Shown here piece after piece: positions 50,976 through 63,895 of a DNA stretch of 64,000 nucleotides. Position 1 is the first letter of the stretch. Each line of letters opens with the position of its first letter. Origin of the DNA: Epiperipatus broadwayi (lineage: Eukaryota; Animalia; Onychophora); the NCBI GenBank assembly GCA_028023455.1, contig JAQFVV010000001.1, forward strand, positions 22,630,001 through 22,694,000, in the 5' to 3' direction. The notes beneath the pieces were generated by a model that saw only the letters and a program-made list of their open reading frames with translations, ran no database searches and had not been told where the DNA came from. A program made the position numbers and the translations under genes.

Positions 50976-53900
50976 GTTTTTCACATATATGTGATCATGT
51001 TCATCGATTATATTAGACAAAGTGGATGACTGAAGGAGCTTGAAAATCTGGGTTCAAATCCTCTTTAATTACATTTATTTGAAGTAAATTTTTAAATAAT
51101 AAATATTTCAAATATTATTTATTCCAAAATTAGTGATTTATTTTTCAACTGCATATATATAAATGGGGCTTATCATTGATATTATCATAATTGTTATACT
51201 GAGTTATGTGAATGTGCAAATATAAACACAAACCTGCCATTCTAGACAGAAAAACGTTATTTATAGATCTGACAATTTGATGTAACATAATATACTGTCA
51301 CAAAGTTATGGAGAATAAATCTTACTTAAATTACATTAATTAATGTAATTGTAAGTTACATTAAAACATATACAGTTGAAAGAAATCAAGAGTGAAAGAT
51401 TAAAAGGCAGGGCAGAATATCTATATTATTTTACATTACAAATTTTAATTTCATTGACTTTATCAGGATTTTTGATCACCATATTCCACACTTTATTGAC
51501 TTTCTGTGTAAAAAACAACAACAACTTCATTGAATATATTGTTTTATAACAAATCTAAAGAATGCGGGAGTACTGGAGTTTAATTAATTTTAAAATATTT
51601 TCATTATAATAACTATTTTTCTATCTTTAATGGTATCTTTTATTGTAAACACATAAGAATGATTTTTTAAAATCTTATTTGAATCTTTAATTTTATCAAT
51701 ATTTTTTATGATTATTATTAAACTTATTATTATTATATTTGGTTTTATTTTTTTATACTTTATAAATCAGATATAAGTCTTTTTATTTGCTTGTTTCTTT
51801 TTAATCTATGCAGTGTATTGTATGTCTTAATTTTTAAGATTTCGTTTTAATCATAAGTTGTACTAATAAATTTGTTTGCACATTTAGTTGCAAGCATATA
51901 CAAAAAAGTTCTTAGTAATACTATTTAATGATTTTCTTTTAAGATTAAGCTAATGTCATAACAGTAATTTATCAAAAGAATAAGAACCACAGTTAGTTAT
52001 TCTTATTTAGATTAATACTTTTAGATAAGATCATATAAATATATATGATTATGACTTATAATTCCACAATTTGAAACCCATAATTTATTCACGAATTTCT
52101 AATATCATAAATATGATATTGCATTAGAACTTTTTTTTTAAGAAATAGAGATTTAAAATTGATTCTGATCTTAGACATGACGTGATGCTCTCAGCTGCTA
52201 AATATCTGTAAATATTTGCTGAGGATTCGATTGTAATTAAATATCTATAAATGCTAGCTGAGGATTCATTGTAATTCTAGAAATGTAATTACTTGCTATC
52301 TAATAATTAGCCAGAATAACAATAATGGATCATAAAATCATTGAGATTAAATAAGTTAATAATTAAATTGATTATTAGCATTTAACTTTTTAGGCCCATC
52401 TTATTTATAACTCATTGTAAAAGCAAAATGTTTACTAAAGCTTTATATGTGTACAAACATAATATGCACACACTGAATAATGAACTAATCAACTGATAAG
52501 GATTATAACGAAGGATTAATAAGATATAGCAACATTAAAGTAAAATTTAAATGAATGGATTAAATTAATAGATAATTATAAACAAATTAATTAAAGATAA
52601 GGTTTTCAAATTCTTTTTTTTTCCATTTTACAGTCATATATTTTTAAAATCATTTGTAATAATATCAAACTTTATAATTATTTTTTGTTTTACATTCAGA
52701 AGCCATATTCTGATAAGGTTTAAATTGCTGTCTTCATTACTAAATAGAGTCTACTGTGAGATAAAGTTTGATATTCATCTGGATTCATAGGTTTCAGAAG
52801 CATAAGCATACTACTTGCAGAGTAGAAAGTTTTTATAAAAATATATGAAATCAATGACTTAATCAATCTCAATGCAAACTGCTGCAGGGATTCTTAACCA
52901 TCATCAAGGTTGGTTTTAATGTAAAGAAAACTTGTAGAAATTTTAATTTATTATATTGTGGAAAACTTCATTCAATCTAGTCTTTTTTTTATTTTAGAAA
53001 ATTCATGTAGAAACAGGACATCATTATTTTTTGGAAGACAGTATAAAAATATTGTAGATACTTGTTGAAATGACTTTTATTAATAACTTTAAGCTTTTAA
53101 ATAAAATTAATTGTTTAGAGTTGTAATTAAATTTTAGCTGACAGATGTATTAAAATATAATATTCTTTTTATTTTTATTTTAATTTAAAAAATAAACAAC
53201 TCATTTATTTATCTGCTTGGAAAAAAGCCAAATAATTTAGATTTAATTAATTTGTTTTCAAAACTTTAAAACATTGCACCACAATTAATTGGCCAAATCT
53301 CTTGTACACATTTTATTATTATCTATTGAATAATGTTACATGTTGGTAAGCATTTCTAGACTCTGCATGTAACACAAGATTTGCTTACTAATTTCAAGTC
53401 AGCATTTCTGACCATTTTTTCATTAATTACTTTGTCATATCATATTATAATCAGATAGATTTAATTGTTATGTGCAAATACATATATCATCATTTTCATC
53501 ATTATTAGCTATCACTCATAAACAATAATCATCAAAATTATATTACTTATGACAATGGATGTGTTATATAACATAGTTTAATGAATTTAAACAAACTAAT
53601 TCCCAATAGATCAATGATTAAGCTTTTTTAGAATGAGGATAAGATCTTCCAAATGTCATAAACAGTTAAAAAGAGTTTACTTGCAAAATGCAATCATCCT
53701 CAGGTGTAGAAGTAATAACTAGTTCATTTGAATATGATAACGATCAAATTCTCTGGTAAAAAAAGTGTGAATCAGTTTTTCACTGTGGTGTGACAATACA
53801 CACATGTAAATAATCATTAATATGATAAAGATCAGTATACAGCTATTTGATAAAAAAATACTGAGATGTATCATTTGAGGTATGTGCAACATATGAAAAA

Positions 53901-54979
53901 TTTACTATTATTTAAAGATACATTCAGTCTTTTTATTGTCAATTTAATGTATTTTTATTTTTGAATTTGTTCTCTCTAATTAAATTTCACACAGAAATGT
54001 TATTTTGTTATATTAATACCCCCCTCTCCATATATTTGTACTCAATATCCATGGTTTCAGAAAACATACTATGAAAAAATATTAAATAAAAAAATAAAAA
54101 TTCATACATTTCATTTGCATTCCCGCCTGTATAAGAGCCATCACAAATCATTTATCACTCATTCATTTTTCATGCTGAGCTAGAGTTGCTCGTTTTTTTT
54201 TTTTGTAGACTTATTACTGTATTGTGTTTTTCATAATTGTATTATTCTGCACTTTTTGTATTAATTTTTTCTTGATATTATTTTTGTTGGTATCTAAATA
54301 CGTATATTTTAAAAATTAAATTGTATCATAGATATGTGTTACAAGTATATTCACTGTTATCTAGAGAAAGATATGGAATTAAATGGTCAAAATATCAAAG
54401 AATTACTATATCTAGAAGTGAATACTTTATGGGCATTTATGGTAATTCATAAACATAGGCAGAGATAGAATAGAAGGAAATATACTTAGTTATAAAGAAA
54501 TATATCAAGAAAATAACTTCTTTAGTTATAATTAATCTTTATTTAAATTTAGTATAAAATTGAAGCTTAAACATCATACATATAAACACACAGACACATT
54601 AAATTATCTGTGGGTATAAGGGTGTTGAATAAAAGTTTAAGTTAACATGTATATGTTTCTCCCACCTCATTAAATAATCATCACACTCTGAGCATTAAAT
54701 AAAATTTATTTTACCTTAAGTGTGATGCCAAAATGAGGCATGACAAAAAGAAACCTTAAGAAAATTTATAGGACAGTGAGATTCAATAATTAAAAAAACA
54801 TTTTAAGTGAAGCAATTTAAGTAAGAAATGGAATAGTCAAGTATAAAAATAAATATTTTGATAACTGTATGAGATCGAAAAGTACACTCAGATCTTTTAT
54901 GATGAAACAGATTTGTAATGTTAGAGAAAACTGGAGCAGAAGAAGGATATGGTGATATCAGTAAGGAATTATAGAGACC

Positions 54980-56560
54980 AGTCAAGAGAGAAAGAGATTC
55001 TGTTTAAAAATCCTATTTAAAAGATCCCATGTTAAAAATATTGTTTAAAAAAAAAAAAAAATTTAAACAAAGAATAAAAATGGAAAAAAATAAGAATATC
55101 ACAGCAGTTGTATTAATGAAGAAAGTAGAAAAAGAAATGAACCAGAAATATGAAAATAATGGAAGAGAAAGTACTGAATTGGAAATAGAAATATTGGTTA
55201 TGAAAAAACTATTGGTGATATTTCTTTTTAAAAAGCCATGTAAAATACATTAAAAAATAAATAGCTCAATATAAAAAGTGGAAGCATTGTTTTTGGGAAG
55301 TATAAATAAATCATAACAGATGAAAGATATTTTAAAACAAATCAAATCTGATACATCAAAATAAGCAAGATCAATAGGATGGGTGATAGCAGAGATGTCA
55401 AAGCAAGGAGAACAAATAGAAAAGCTGGCAGATGATATAATAGAACAAACAAAACAACTGAAAGGAGATGATGTCAAGAATATGAAAAAAAGTTAATAGA
55501 CTAAAATATATCATTGACTGAAGAAAAAAATTGAAAATTTAGTAGAATAGAGTCCCATAAAGTAAGAATTAGCAACTGTAATAGAGAAGGTCAAAACCAA
55601 AGTGAAAGAAAAAAGAAAAAAAGATTAGATCAGGAAAAGAAGATTTTTAAACATTTTCAAATTAAATGTGAAATAATAGCTGGATATCTAAATGTAATAC
55701 AAAAAATGATAAAAGAATCTTAAGTAAATCAGCAAAATATTTACAAAGATATTGCTTGAATGAAAGTCTGACAGCGAATGGCAGACAGGGAAAGATGAAT
55801 TAAGAAAATGTCAATGGAATATAGCCAATAATTTGGAAGAAATAAGATCTGTGGAAACCAATCAAAAAAGATGAAGTAGATTGAACAGATAGGTGGCAGA
55901 TTGGAAGAACAATTTTAGTCAAATGTATCCTGACCAAATACAAGAAATATAGAGAAAATTTGATGATAGAAAAGCATAATGATTTGATGTCTGAAAATAA
56001 GAATAACCAATACAATAAGGATCATGGACACAATAATCACTATATATGCCATCTTAAAAAGAAAGGACAACTATGATTGACAGAAAATGTATCAATATTG
56101 AGATTAGGCTTAATCATCTAAGAAATTCAGCATCTGCCCAAGTTCATATAAGTAAAATTATGTAAGGGAGGCTCCACTGGAGCACTTGAAATAGCTAAAA
56201 AATTGTTTTTGTTATAATAAAAGCACTGACCGAAAAATGATCTCTGCTGCATCTAGCTATCTTTATGGAGTTGCAAAGGACTGATGAAATTCCCTGAGTT
56301 AAAACAAACCTTTGGAGACTATTGCTATTATTATTCTGGAATAATGAAAATCAGAATGGAGTATCAAACTGCATTCCATGGGTAATGTAGAATGTTGCAC
56401 AAGATGTTGCATGAACAGTTCCAGCTTTGTGATGGGGGGGGATACCCAACTCTTATTGTCTTGTCATTGTCAGAAGAAGAAACAGTTATGATTAACATAA
56501 CAATGAAAACAGGCATATTGCGACTGAAAATGATCAAATGAAGAATGTAGAAGCAACTGA
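54980..56560 (+). mobile_element. Very degenerate A-rich non-LTR retrotransposon remnant (possibly R4/Dong-like)
   Basis: Lys/Glu-rich broken frames, with only weak motif echoes (WQIGRTILVK, KGGSTG, EYQTAF). Confidence 0.3.
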
Positions 56561-56647
56561 GTTATTAAATATCATTGATATAAAGAATGTTTTCTTAGAC
56601 TCAGAAGAAAAACTAAGAAAATCTGGACAATAGAGATATGTATATCT

Positions 56648-58400
56648 GCTTTTTTTATTTTTATAAAATATAGAAATATTTTATTAGACATAGGATACAT
56701 TAAATGGTATTCAGAGAGGTAGAAGTTCAATATTGACACATCTTGCATGGCATAGCCTATAAAAACTAATATGATGCATAGAGGCAAAGGAATGAGCCTG
56801 GGATCTAGGGTCTTGGTGGCAGGTGACTAAGCTTGTTTATCTCGTAATGTACAAAGATAGTTCTAAACTTTTGACCATGCAAAAACACAGCTTTGTATAG
56901 GTAAACCGACCCTTCAGAATGGAAGTCAGTGTCATAATACTCAGGTTCTGGGCAATAAGCTTGAGGAGGCAAATCATAATCAATCCCAAAGGAATGCATG
57001 CAAATCAGCCCCTAATCATTTCCAGGATAGGTGATTTCTATTCAGGTATGAAAGAAATCAGCTTTAGGGAGGCAAATCAATTAGCTTCCATGTGGCATCA
57101 TAGAGGTAGGAGGGGGCCAAATTCTGGTCCCCCTTATGAATTTTTTTTATTTTGTCAATATATAAACCAAGTGGATGCTCCAGTACATGATTAAAGATGA
57201 GCCAGCACTGGATGTACCATATGAAAACAATAAGAATTTTGATGAACATATCTCTGGGATGGATCCACACAGTATATTATCAATGAGGGTAGATAAGGAA
57301 GGCATTTTGTCATTTAGCATGGAAACTTTGAGGTCTCTGTAGGGTTGAAGGGAAATGCAGTGGCAGAGGAGGTGAAGAGAAGTTTCCTCTTCTCTGGGGC
57401 ATAGGATGCAAGTGGAATCTATGTTTGAGAATTCTCAGTGATGTACAAGAAAGTGTTTAGTAGGCAAGACAATGAGATTTATCTTCAATAGGAAATCAAA
57501 GAATTTGGGCTCAAGGAACCATCATTTAAATTTCTTGATTAGCAGATAATTGTTGAGCCAGAGGAGAGTTGATCCTGCACAAACATCAAGATTAAGGATG
57601 TAGTAAGCTTCCCAGAAATTGATTTTCATTGAGAATGGCTTGTTAGGAATAGTAGTAAATTTGCAAATAAGGGATGTGAGGGTTGCCAGTGCTAACAGGG
57701 AGAAGCTTGTCTGTGAGAGTGATCTCATCAAAGGGTGAGGAGTTGGGATACTGCAGGAACATTCTGTAGAAAGAGTTGCAGCAACATTGATATATAAATG
57801 CATCTATGGAGTATAGGGATAACCCATTGAGCTTTGTGTGCTTCTTCAGACCACTCAAGCTGATGGTTGCACTTTTTCCCCCTCTAATCAGATCAGTGCA
57901 CATCTTGTGTATCTTCTTGATGAAGACTTTGGTGAAATTGACCACTGGGGTGAAATCAGATATTCTGGGGAATATTAATATATTGATAAGGGAGGACTTG
58001 GCGAACATGGACATGTAAACTTTGGAAAGGATGTGATTTTCTGTGTAGATTGAAGTAGCTTATCTTGGACAGATCTCCTCATGGCAGAAGCAGATTCAAA
58101 TATAGGAAAGCCTAAGAAATTCTGAGGCTTTACTGCAAATGGTCCAGGAATGTTCTTACCAGAAGATAAATGCCAGGTGGATGACTTGGCCATATTAAAT
58201 TGGAGGCCGTATTGATCAGAGAACTCCTTAAGCATTGATAGAAGTCTGGGGATTAATTTTTTTGATGGAAAAAAAATAGCCAAGTCGTCTATATAGGTGA
58301 TGTGATGAATTGATGTATTTAATGTTGGGATAGGAAATCTGCTATTCAAGATTGAAACATTCAGGGAATGGACAAAACTTTAATAGGAAATATAGAAGAC
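56648..58400 (-). mobile_element. L1/Tx1-like LINE copy 2 (5' truncated; RT C-half to 3' end), same family as 1-3445
   Basis: YIDDLAIF...AVKPQNFLGFPIFES matches TAKPQNFLGFSVFKS in copy 1, and MKINFWEAY matches MKKINFWEAY. CILCPREEETSLHLLCHC knuckle; A-rich tail near 56650-56680. Confidence 0.85.
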
Positions 58401-59932
58401 CTGATGTCCAACTAATGTAATGATTATTAAAGAAAAATAAATTGACTAAAAATTTAGCAAATTATTAAGTGTATTAAAAAAAATAAGTTAATGCACTAAG
58501 AATTAGAATATGAAGTGGAGACTACTTGGATATTCATAGTGATTTGCAGACATAGTCCGAGACAGAATAAAAGGAAGCCTATTTAAAATCAAAATAAAAA
58601 GAGACCATGAAAATAGTTGTTTAAGCATAATTAAACTTTATGTAAATTAGTACAAATATGAAAACACAGACATTATTTATATACATACAGATATAACATA
58701 CAGATATAGTAACTTATTTGTGTGCGCATGTTTGAATGTGTGTGTGAGTGAAAGTTTAAATTAATCTTTTCTTTTATGTATTTTTATCCAGTCTCATTGA
58801 ATGAACATCTTATTCTAATGATTACATTTGTACTATATATAGAGCTCATTATTATGTACAGAAAAGCATGACATTAAATATTAGTGAATAGAGGAAATTA
58901 TTATATGTAAAAAATTATGAAAACAAAATTCTAGCTAGTTAAAAAAAAAATCAATATAAGATACTTACTGTATTAGTCTGGTGGTGAAATTTTAGTCTTC
59001 ATTAAAATCATTATATTTGATAGTATTTAATTAAGTAAGTAAATTTAACTTTGAAAGATAAATTGTTAGACTATTTTTATATCCTTTATACATTCTTTAT
59101 TAACTTCTAGCTATGACTGACCTACTTAGACTTTAAGATAGCTATCTTTTGCCACATAAATAAATTGACATTAATATTGAAAGTGGAGTTGTTACTTACA
59201 ACTTTGTTAAAAATGATTATTTAAATCTTTGAAAGTTAAATTTACTTATTTAATTAAATAAAATGTACTATCAAATATTTAGCAATCATAAAATTTGACC
59301 CCAAATAATTATGATAAATAAATTGAAGATTGTTCAAGACTTATAAATGTAAACATTAAATATAAATAGGAATTTCTATATAAGATTAAATTCTATTGTT
59401 ATTTTCTAGATCATATGCTTCCAGCTTGGTCTTCCAGTTTTAATTCTGTCTTTGATGGCATCACATCTGAAAAATTTGTCTACATTATTACATGGCAATT
59501 CTTATTTACACTTAATGTTTATGTATATATTAAACCAAATACACCATTATAAAATTAAATTATTAAGCAACATATACTTTAAATTTTACTACCAATAGTT
59601 TTCCTATTAAGGCAACTTCTCAAATGCTAATATGATGTTAAACACTACACACATATAAATGTGTACTATTTTTCCATAATTCAAACTAACATTTTAATTA
59701 TCTTTACTGTTAAAAGAAGTTTATGACAAATTAATAGATTCAGACTCAAAAGTTTTTATAAAAATATATTGTTTAATTTTTCTCCTTTTTTTTATTCTTA
59801 AAAAAAGAAAACTTTAGTTAATCAAAACAAAATATTATGGTCTGTATTTCTCTCATAAATATATAAATTATTAAAATATTTATTCATTTATAAACTTTCA
59901 CTTTTTCATTTAAATTCAAAATAAATACATGG

Positions 59933-60068
59933 AAAATGTATATAAAGAAATCTTGATTTAATACTTTAACAGCATGGTATGCAAAGCATGCTTTTGACAA
60001 ACTGGTAGTCATGCTTAGCATACCATGCTGTTTAAATATTCAATCAAGTTTTTCTTTATATACATTTT
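59933..60068. repeat. Long imperfect hairpin (~58-bp arms, 19-nt loop)
   Basis: aaaatgtatataaagaaa...acagcatggtatgcaaagcatg [cttttgacaaactggtagt] catgcttagcataccatgctgt...tttctttatatacatttt. Confidence 0.85.
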
Positions 60069-61469
60069 GAATAATATTGTTCCAAAAACTATTTTTTTAA
60101 GACATTGAAGTTACATTAAACTCAAATTATTTTGATCTATAAGTAATCTCTTAGAAAAACAAGGGATACTATTAACAACTCCAAGAACGGTATTGCTATC
60201 ATCTCTTTCATATTATTTAATATATTATTAAAGTAACATATTTTTATAAGCTGTATTCTCATTGACAAATATATTATCATTCCTCTTTAAGTTCTTATAA
60301 AAGTTATTATACATTTAGGAGAGAAATATAGATCATAAGATTTTGTTTGAGTCTGCAAAGTTTGTCTTTTATGCAACGAGTGCAAAGAAAAGAAAACTTA
60401 AAAAATCATTTTTAATAAAAAAATTCGAGACTGAAGTTATTAATTGGTTCAAAATTCATTTAATATTATAATTGGAATGTTAATTTGAGTTGTGGAAAGA
60501 TATATGTGTGTGTTACTTTATTTTCACACTTGAAAAATGTGTCTTGCTGAAAAACCATTGATAATGAATTTTTAATTTAATGTTAGCTAGTAATTTATAT
60601 TTTAATTGGTGTATTTAGTTTATTATATTAATTAGTTTATCTTTTAGCAAGTACTGCAATAGTTTAAATCATGCATAATACTTCCAACATCATAATATAA
60701 TGATTCTCATTGAATACGACAAAATACTGTGGTAATGATAATTAAAATGATTTTAGCATTCTTCAAAAGCATTTTTTAAAATTTCATTTAAATAAGCCTA
60801 AGGCATCACTTTATAGAAGGAATTCTTTTGAATGAATTCTTATCTCTGATCATCAACATCTCAATATACTTTTGCTACTCCAGCGTGTCCCCAGGTGATT
60901 GCATAACTTCATAGGTTTAGTGATATATTAATGGTATATGTTTGGAATGAATTCAAACAGTGAAATAAGTAAAATTGATAATAAAATAATTTATTTACAC
61001 TAAATATAAAATAAATAGAATAAAAAAATTATTGCTTATATATTCAAAACTATATTAAAATCATAAAATAAATAAAATACAAAACATTGAAATTAACAAA
61101 TAATCATAAATATCACATTTAAATGAATTATGAATATACAAAAATCCCATATAATAGTTTTTACCATGTTTTTTGTTGGTATCAAAAGCTTATATTTACA
61201 TTTCACACACATTTTTAATAATAGTCTTTAATGTATTTAATGTAATTAATGGATTATGTCCTGTATATGTGGGGTTCAGATTGACCTTAGGTCAACATGG
61301 GTGTGACAAAAATCTCAGCCTCAGGGTGGCCTTTGAGCATTCCATCATCAGATTTTCAATTGGATGGATGGTTGAAGAGTTGGAGTGTGGAGTAGATTGA
61401 AGCCTGTCCATTAAAGTACTAGGATTGTCGATCTTAATATATATCTGAGCACTTATAGTATATATGTGT

Positions 61470-61542
61470 AGAGATGATAATCTGGACCAACTGATGATTG
61501 CTGGTTAGCATGAAATATGTTTATTGGTGATTATTTATCTTT
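61470..61542 (+). ncRNA. Type I hammerhead motif, family b copy C (helix III damaged)
   Basis: CCAA/TTGG plus ATAATC/GATTAT stem I; CTGATGA; TGCT/AGCA stem II; GAAA. Helix III reads ATATGTTT instead of ATACGTAT. Confidence 0.7.
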
Positions 61543-61933
61543 TCAGCATATATGTGTTTAAGTGTATCAGTGTTATTAGATGGAGTGGAGAGTGGTGGTC
61601 ATGTGAAAGTCTGTGCTCATACCCTAATATTACATATATAGACAGGTATAAATAAGCCTGGGTTTCAGTTATTACATTATAGAGATGTCTGCCCATCCTT
61701 GCATATGTATTTAATGGATTATGTCCTGTACATGTGGGTTCAGATTGATCTTAGATCAACATGAGTGTGACAAGAATCTCGGCCTCAGGGTGGCCTTTGA
61801 GCATTCCATCATCAAATTTTCAATTGGATGGATGGTTGAAGAGTTGGAGTGTGGAGTAGATTGAAGCCTGTCCATTAAAGTATTAGGATTGTCTATATTA
61901 ATGTATATCTGAGCACTTATAGTATATATGTGT

Positions 61934-62007
61934 AGAGATGATAATCTGGACCAACTGATGATTGCTGGTTTAGCATGAAATACGTATATTGGTGATTATT
62001 TATCTTT
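61934..62007 (+). ncRNA. Type I hammerhead motif, family b copy D (best preserved)
   Basis: Stem I CCAA/TTGG, internal loop TGGA/T, then ATAATC/GATTAT and AGAGAT/ATCTTT. Core CTGATGA at 61955-61961 and GAAA at 61977-61980. Palindromic helix III ATACGTAT; predicted cleavage after A61988. Confidence 0.82.
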
Positions 62008-62519
62008 TCAGCATATATGTGTTTAAGTGTATCAGTGTTATTAGATGGAGTGGAGAGTGGTGGGTCGTGTGAAAGTCTGTGCTCATACCTAATATTAAAT
62101 AATAGTTTTTATAAATTCAGTCTATATTTTAATTACTCTCTTTGGGTATCAATGATTATAGACAATGAAATTGAGTCTACTATAGGCAAATACACAGTAG
62201 ATCTTTTGACAAAATTCTTTTTCTCTAACAGCATGGTTTTCTTCTTGAAAGCAAACAAAGTTGTGTCTGGTGCACAATCAATATTTATATCTGGATAAAA
62301 TTACATAGTTCTAAGTCTTCAACCAATGTGCTTTGAGTTATTTAACTACCTATAGCAAATATTTTTCTGATAATAAACATTATCATGATTACTTAGTTAT
62401 GGCATTAGAAAACACTTTTTAATCAATCAGCATTGTAAAGCTATTTGCTATTTAACAACAGTAATATGTAACTAGTAGTTTTCCTTTTCTTTTAGAGATA
62501 AAGTTATAATAGCTACTGC

Positions 62520-63470
62520 ATCAGACTTTCCTTCGCTGGTTATAGTCCATCTTTTCTGCTTTCTTGATTGTAACAAACACTCTACTTCTTTATCAACATT
62601 TTCTGAGATACTCTTTCTGAAATTAGTATATCCAGCCCAACTCCACTTCAGTCTTTTAATTCTTTCAATGATATCAGTAACACCTGTTTGTCTTTTACCC
62701 ATATATTGCATTTTCAATCTCTTCTTTTTACTCTTAACATGCATCTCTCCATACTTCTTTGAGTGGTCTGAAGACTCTGTATTACTTTTCTATTAAGTGT
62801 CCAAGTCTCCGATCCCTAAGTAAGAACTGATAAAACACACTTATTAAAAACCATCCTTTTCAAACACATGCTCGCCTTTTACTATTAAGTTATTTCTACC
62901 AAAAGCATTCCAACCAAGTTTAATTCTATGATTAATTTCACCTATTATGTTTCCATCTGTAGTAATAATATGATCAAGATATTTGTAGTCATTAACTTCT
63001 TCTAACTCATTATAATGAATCTTTATTTTTATCTTTTGTGAAAAGCCATTAAACATTATTTTAATCTGATTAGTCCTACTTTCTTACTTTCATCTGATAA
63101 CTCTAGCAACATTTCCTGAAGTTCTAAAGCATTATTTATAAAAACAACTATATCATCTGCAAACTCTAAATGATTTAAATAATCTCCATTTACTTTTACT
63201 TCATTAGCTTCCCATTTTAATCCACAAAATACTTCTTGCAGCACTGCTGTAAAAAGCTTTGGAGATATGGAGTCACTCCGTCTTACACCCATCTCAATGT
63301 TAACCTTCCTAGTATCATTATGTAACCCATTTGTTGTTATTGCATTTTTATAATGGCAATTCATATTCATTGGTTATTTCTATAACTTCTCTCAATACTG
63401 GGATATGATCTACTGTACTAAAACCACTTTTAAATTCAACTTGTTCTTTTGGTTGGTTGAAATCCAATGT
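62520..63470 (-). mobile_element. RTE LINE copy 3 (RT C-half, 5' truncated, internal deletion)
   Basis: QPKEQVEFKSGFST, GVRRSDSISPKLFTAVLQ, HLEFADD, YKYLDH, LKWSWAGY. Confidence 0.88.
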
Positions 63471-63895
63471 ATATGAGTGCCATTATGCTTTGGATTTGTA
63501 GATTATGAAAAGGCATTTGATTCTATAAACATTTTTTCAGTGATTAAAGTATTTAATCATCAAGATATAGACCCAGGATAGTCATATTCTGAAGAATATT
63601 TATAAAAATGCAACAGCAATAATTAGATTATATAAGAATACTAGAAAGGTTATCATCATTGAAAAGTGTGTAAGACAGGGTGACTCCATATCTCCAAAAC
63701 TTTTTACAGCAATGTTGCAAGAAATAATTTTGTGGATTAAAATAGGAAGCTAAAGAAGTAAAAGTAAATGGTGATTATTTTAAGTCATTTAGATTTAACG
63801 GGTGATGTAATTGTTTTTGCAAATAATGCTTCAGAGCTTTAGGAAATTTGCAAGAGTTATCAGATGAAAGTAAAAAAAATAGAACTAAAGGTAAT
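63470..63895 (+). mobile_element. RTE RT fragment inverted head-to-head against copy 3
   Basis: LCFGFVDYEKAFDSI...VRQGDSISPKLF on the + strand. It overlaps the region encoded by copy 3, so the two form an inverted repeat. Confidence 0.85.

Larger units (their letters stand above)
61231..62096 (+). repeat. Head-to-tail tandem of two ~400-bp units (period ~464-474) each carrying a hammerhead motif
   Basis: 61231-61631 and 61705-62096 are highly similar direct repeats. CTGATGA cores at 61491 and 61955. Confidence 0.92.

Noticed and set aside
51020-51065. Pol III A/B-box-like motifs (GGTTCAAATCC) after hammerhead copy B
   Set aside because: Spacing is too short and the motif is not conserved in copies A, C or D.
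52199-52277. Two ~40-bp tandem copies containing gctgaggattc
   Set aside because: Only two imperfect units and no spacers; an ordinary local duplication, not CRISPR-like.
52872-53755. Possible two-exon nested gene (MQTAAGILNHHQ|GVEVITSSFEYDNDQILW) with plausible GT donors at 52909 and 53756 and faint WD40/PAN2-like wording
   Set aside because: Very short, weak acceptor, no further exons found, not PPAT sequence; compatible with chance in 60 kb of intron.
56270-56320. CTGATGA-AATTC/GAGTT-AAAA hammerhead-like motif
   Set aside because: GAAA is mutated, and no helix III or UH triplet can be formed in register with stem I.
61300-61365. Minus-strand CTGATGA followed by a GGCC/GGCC stem and GAGA in the tandem unit
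   Set aside because: A 13-nt gap separates core and stem II, and helices I and III do not form; not a credible second hammerhead.
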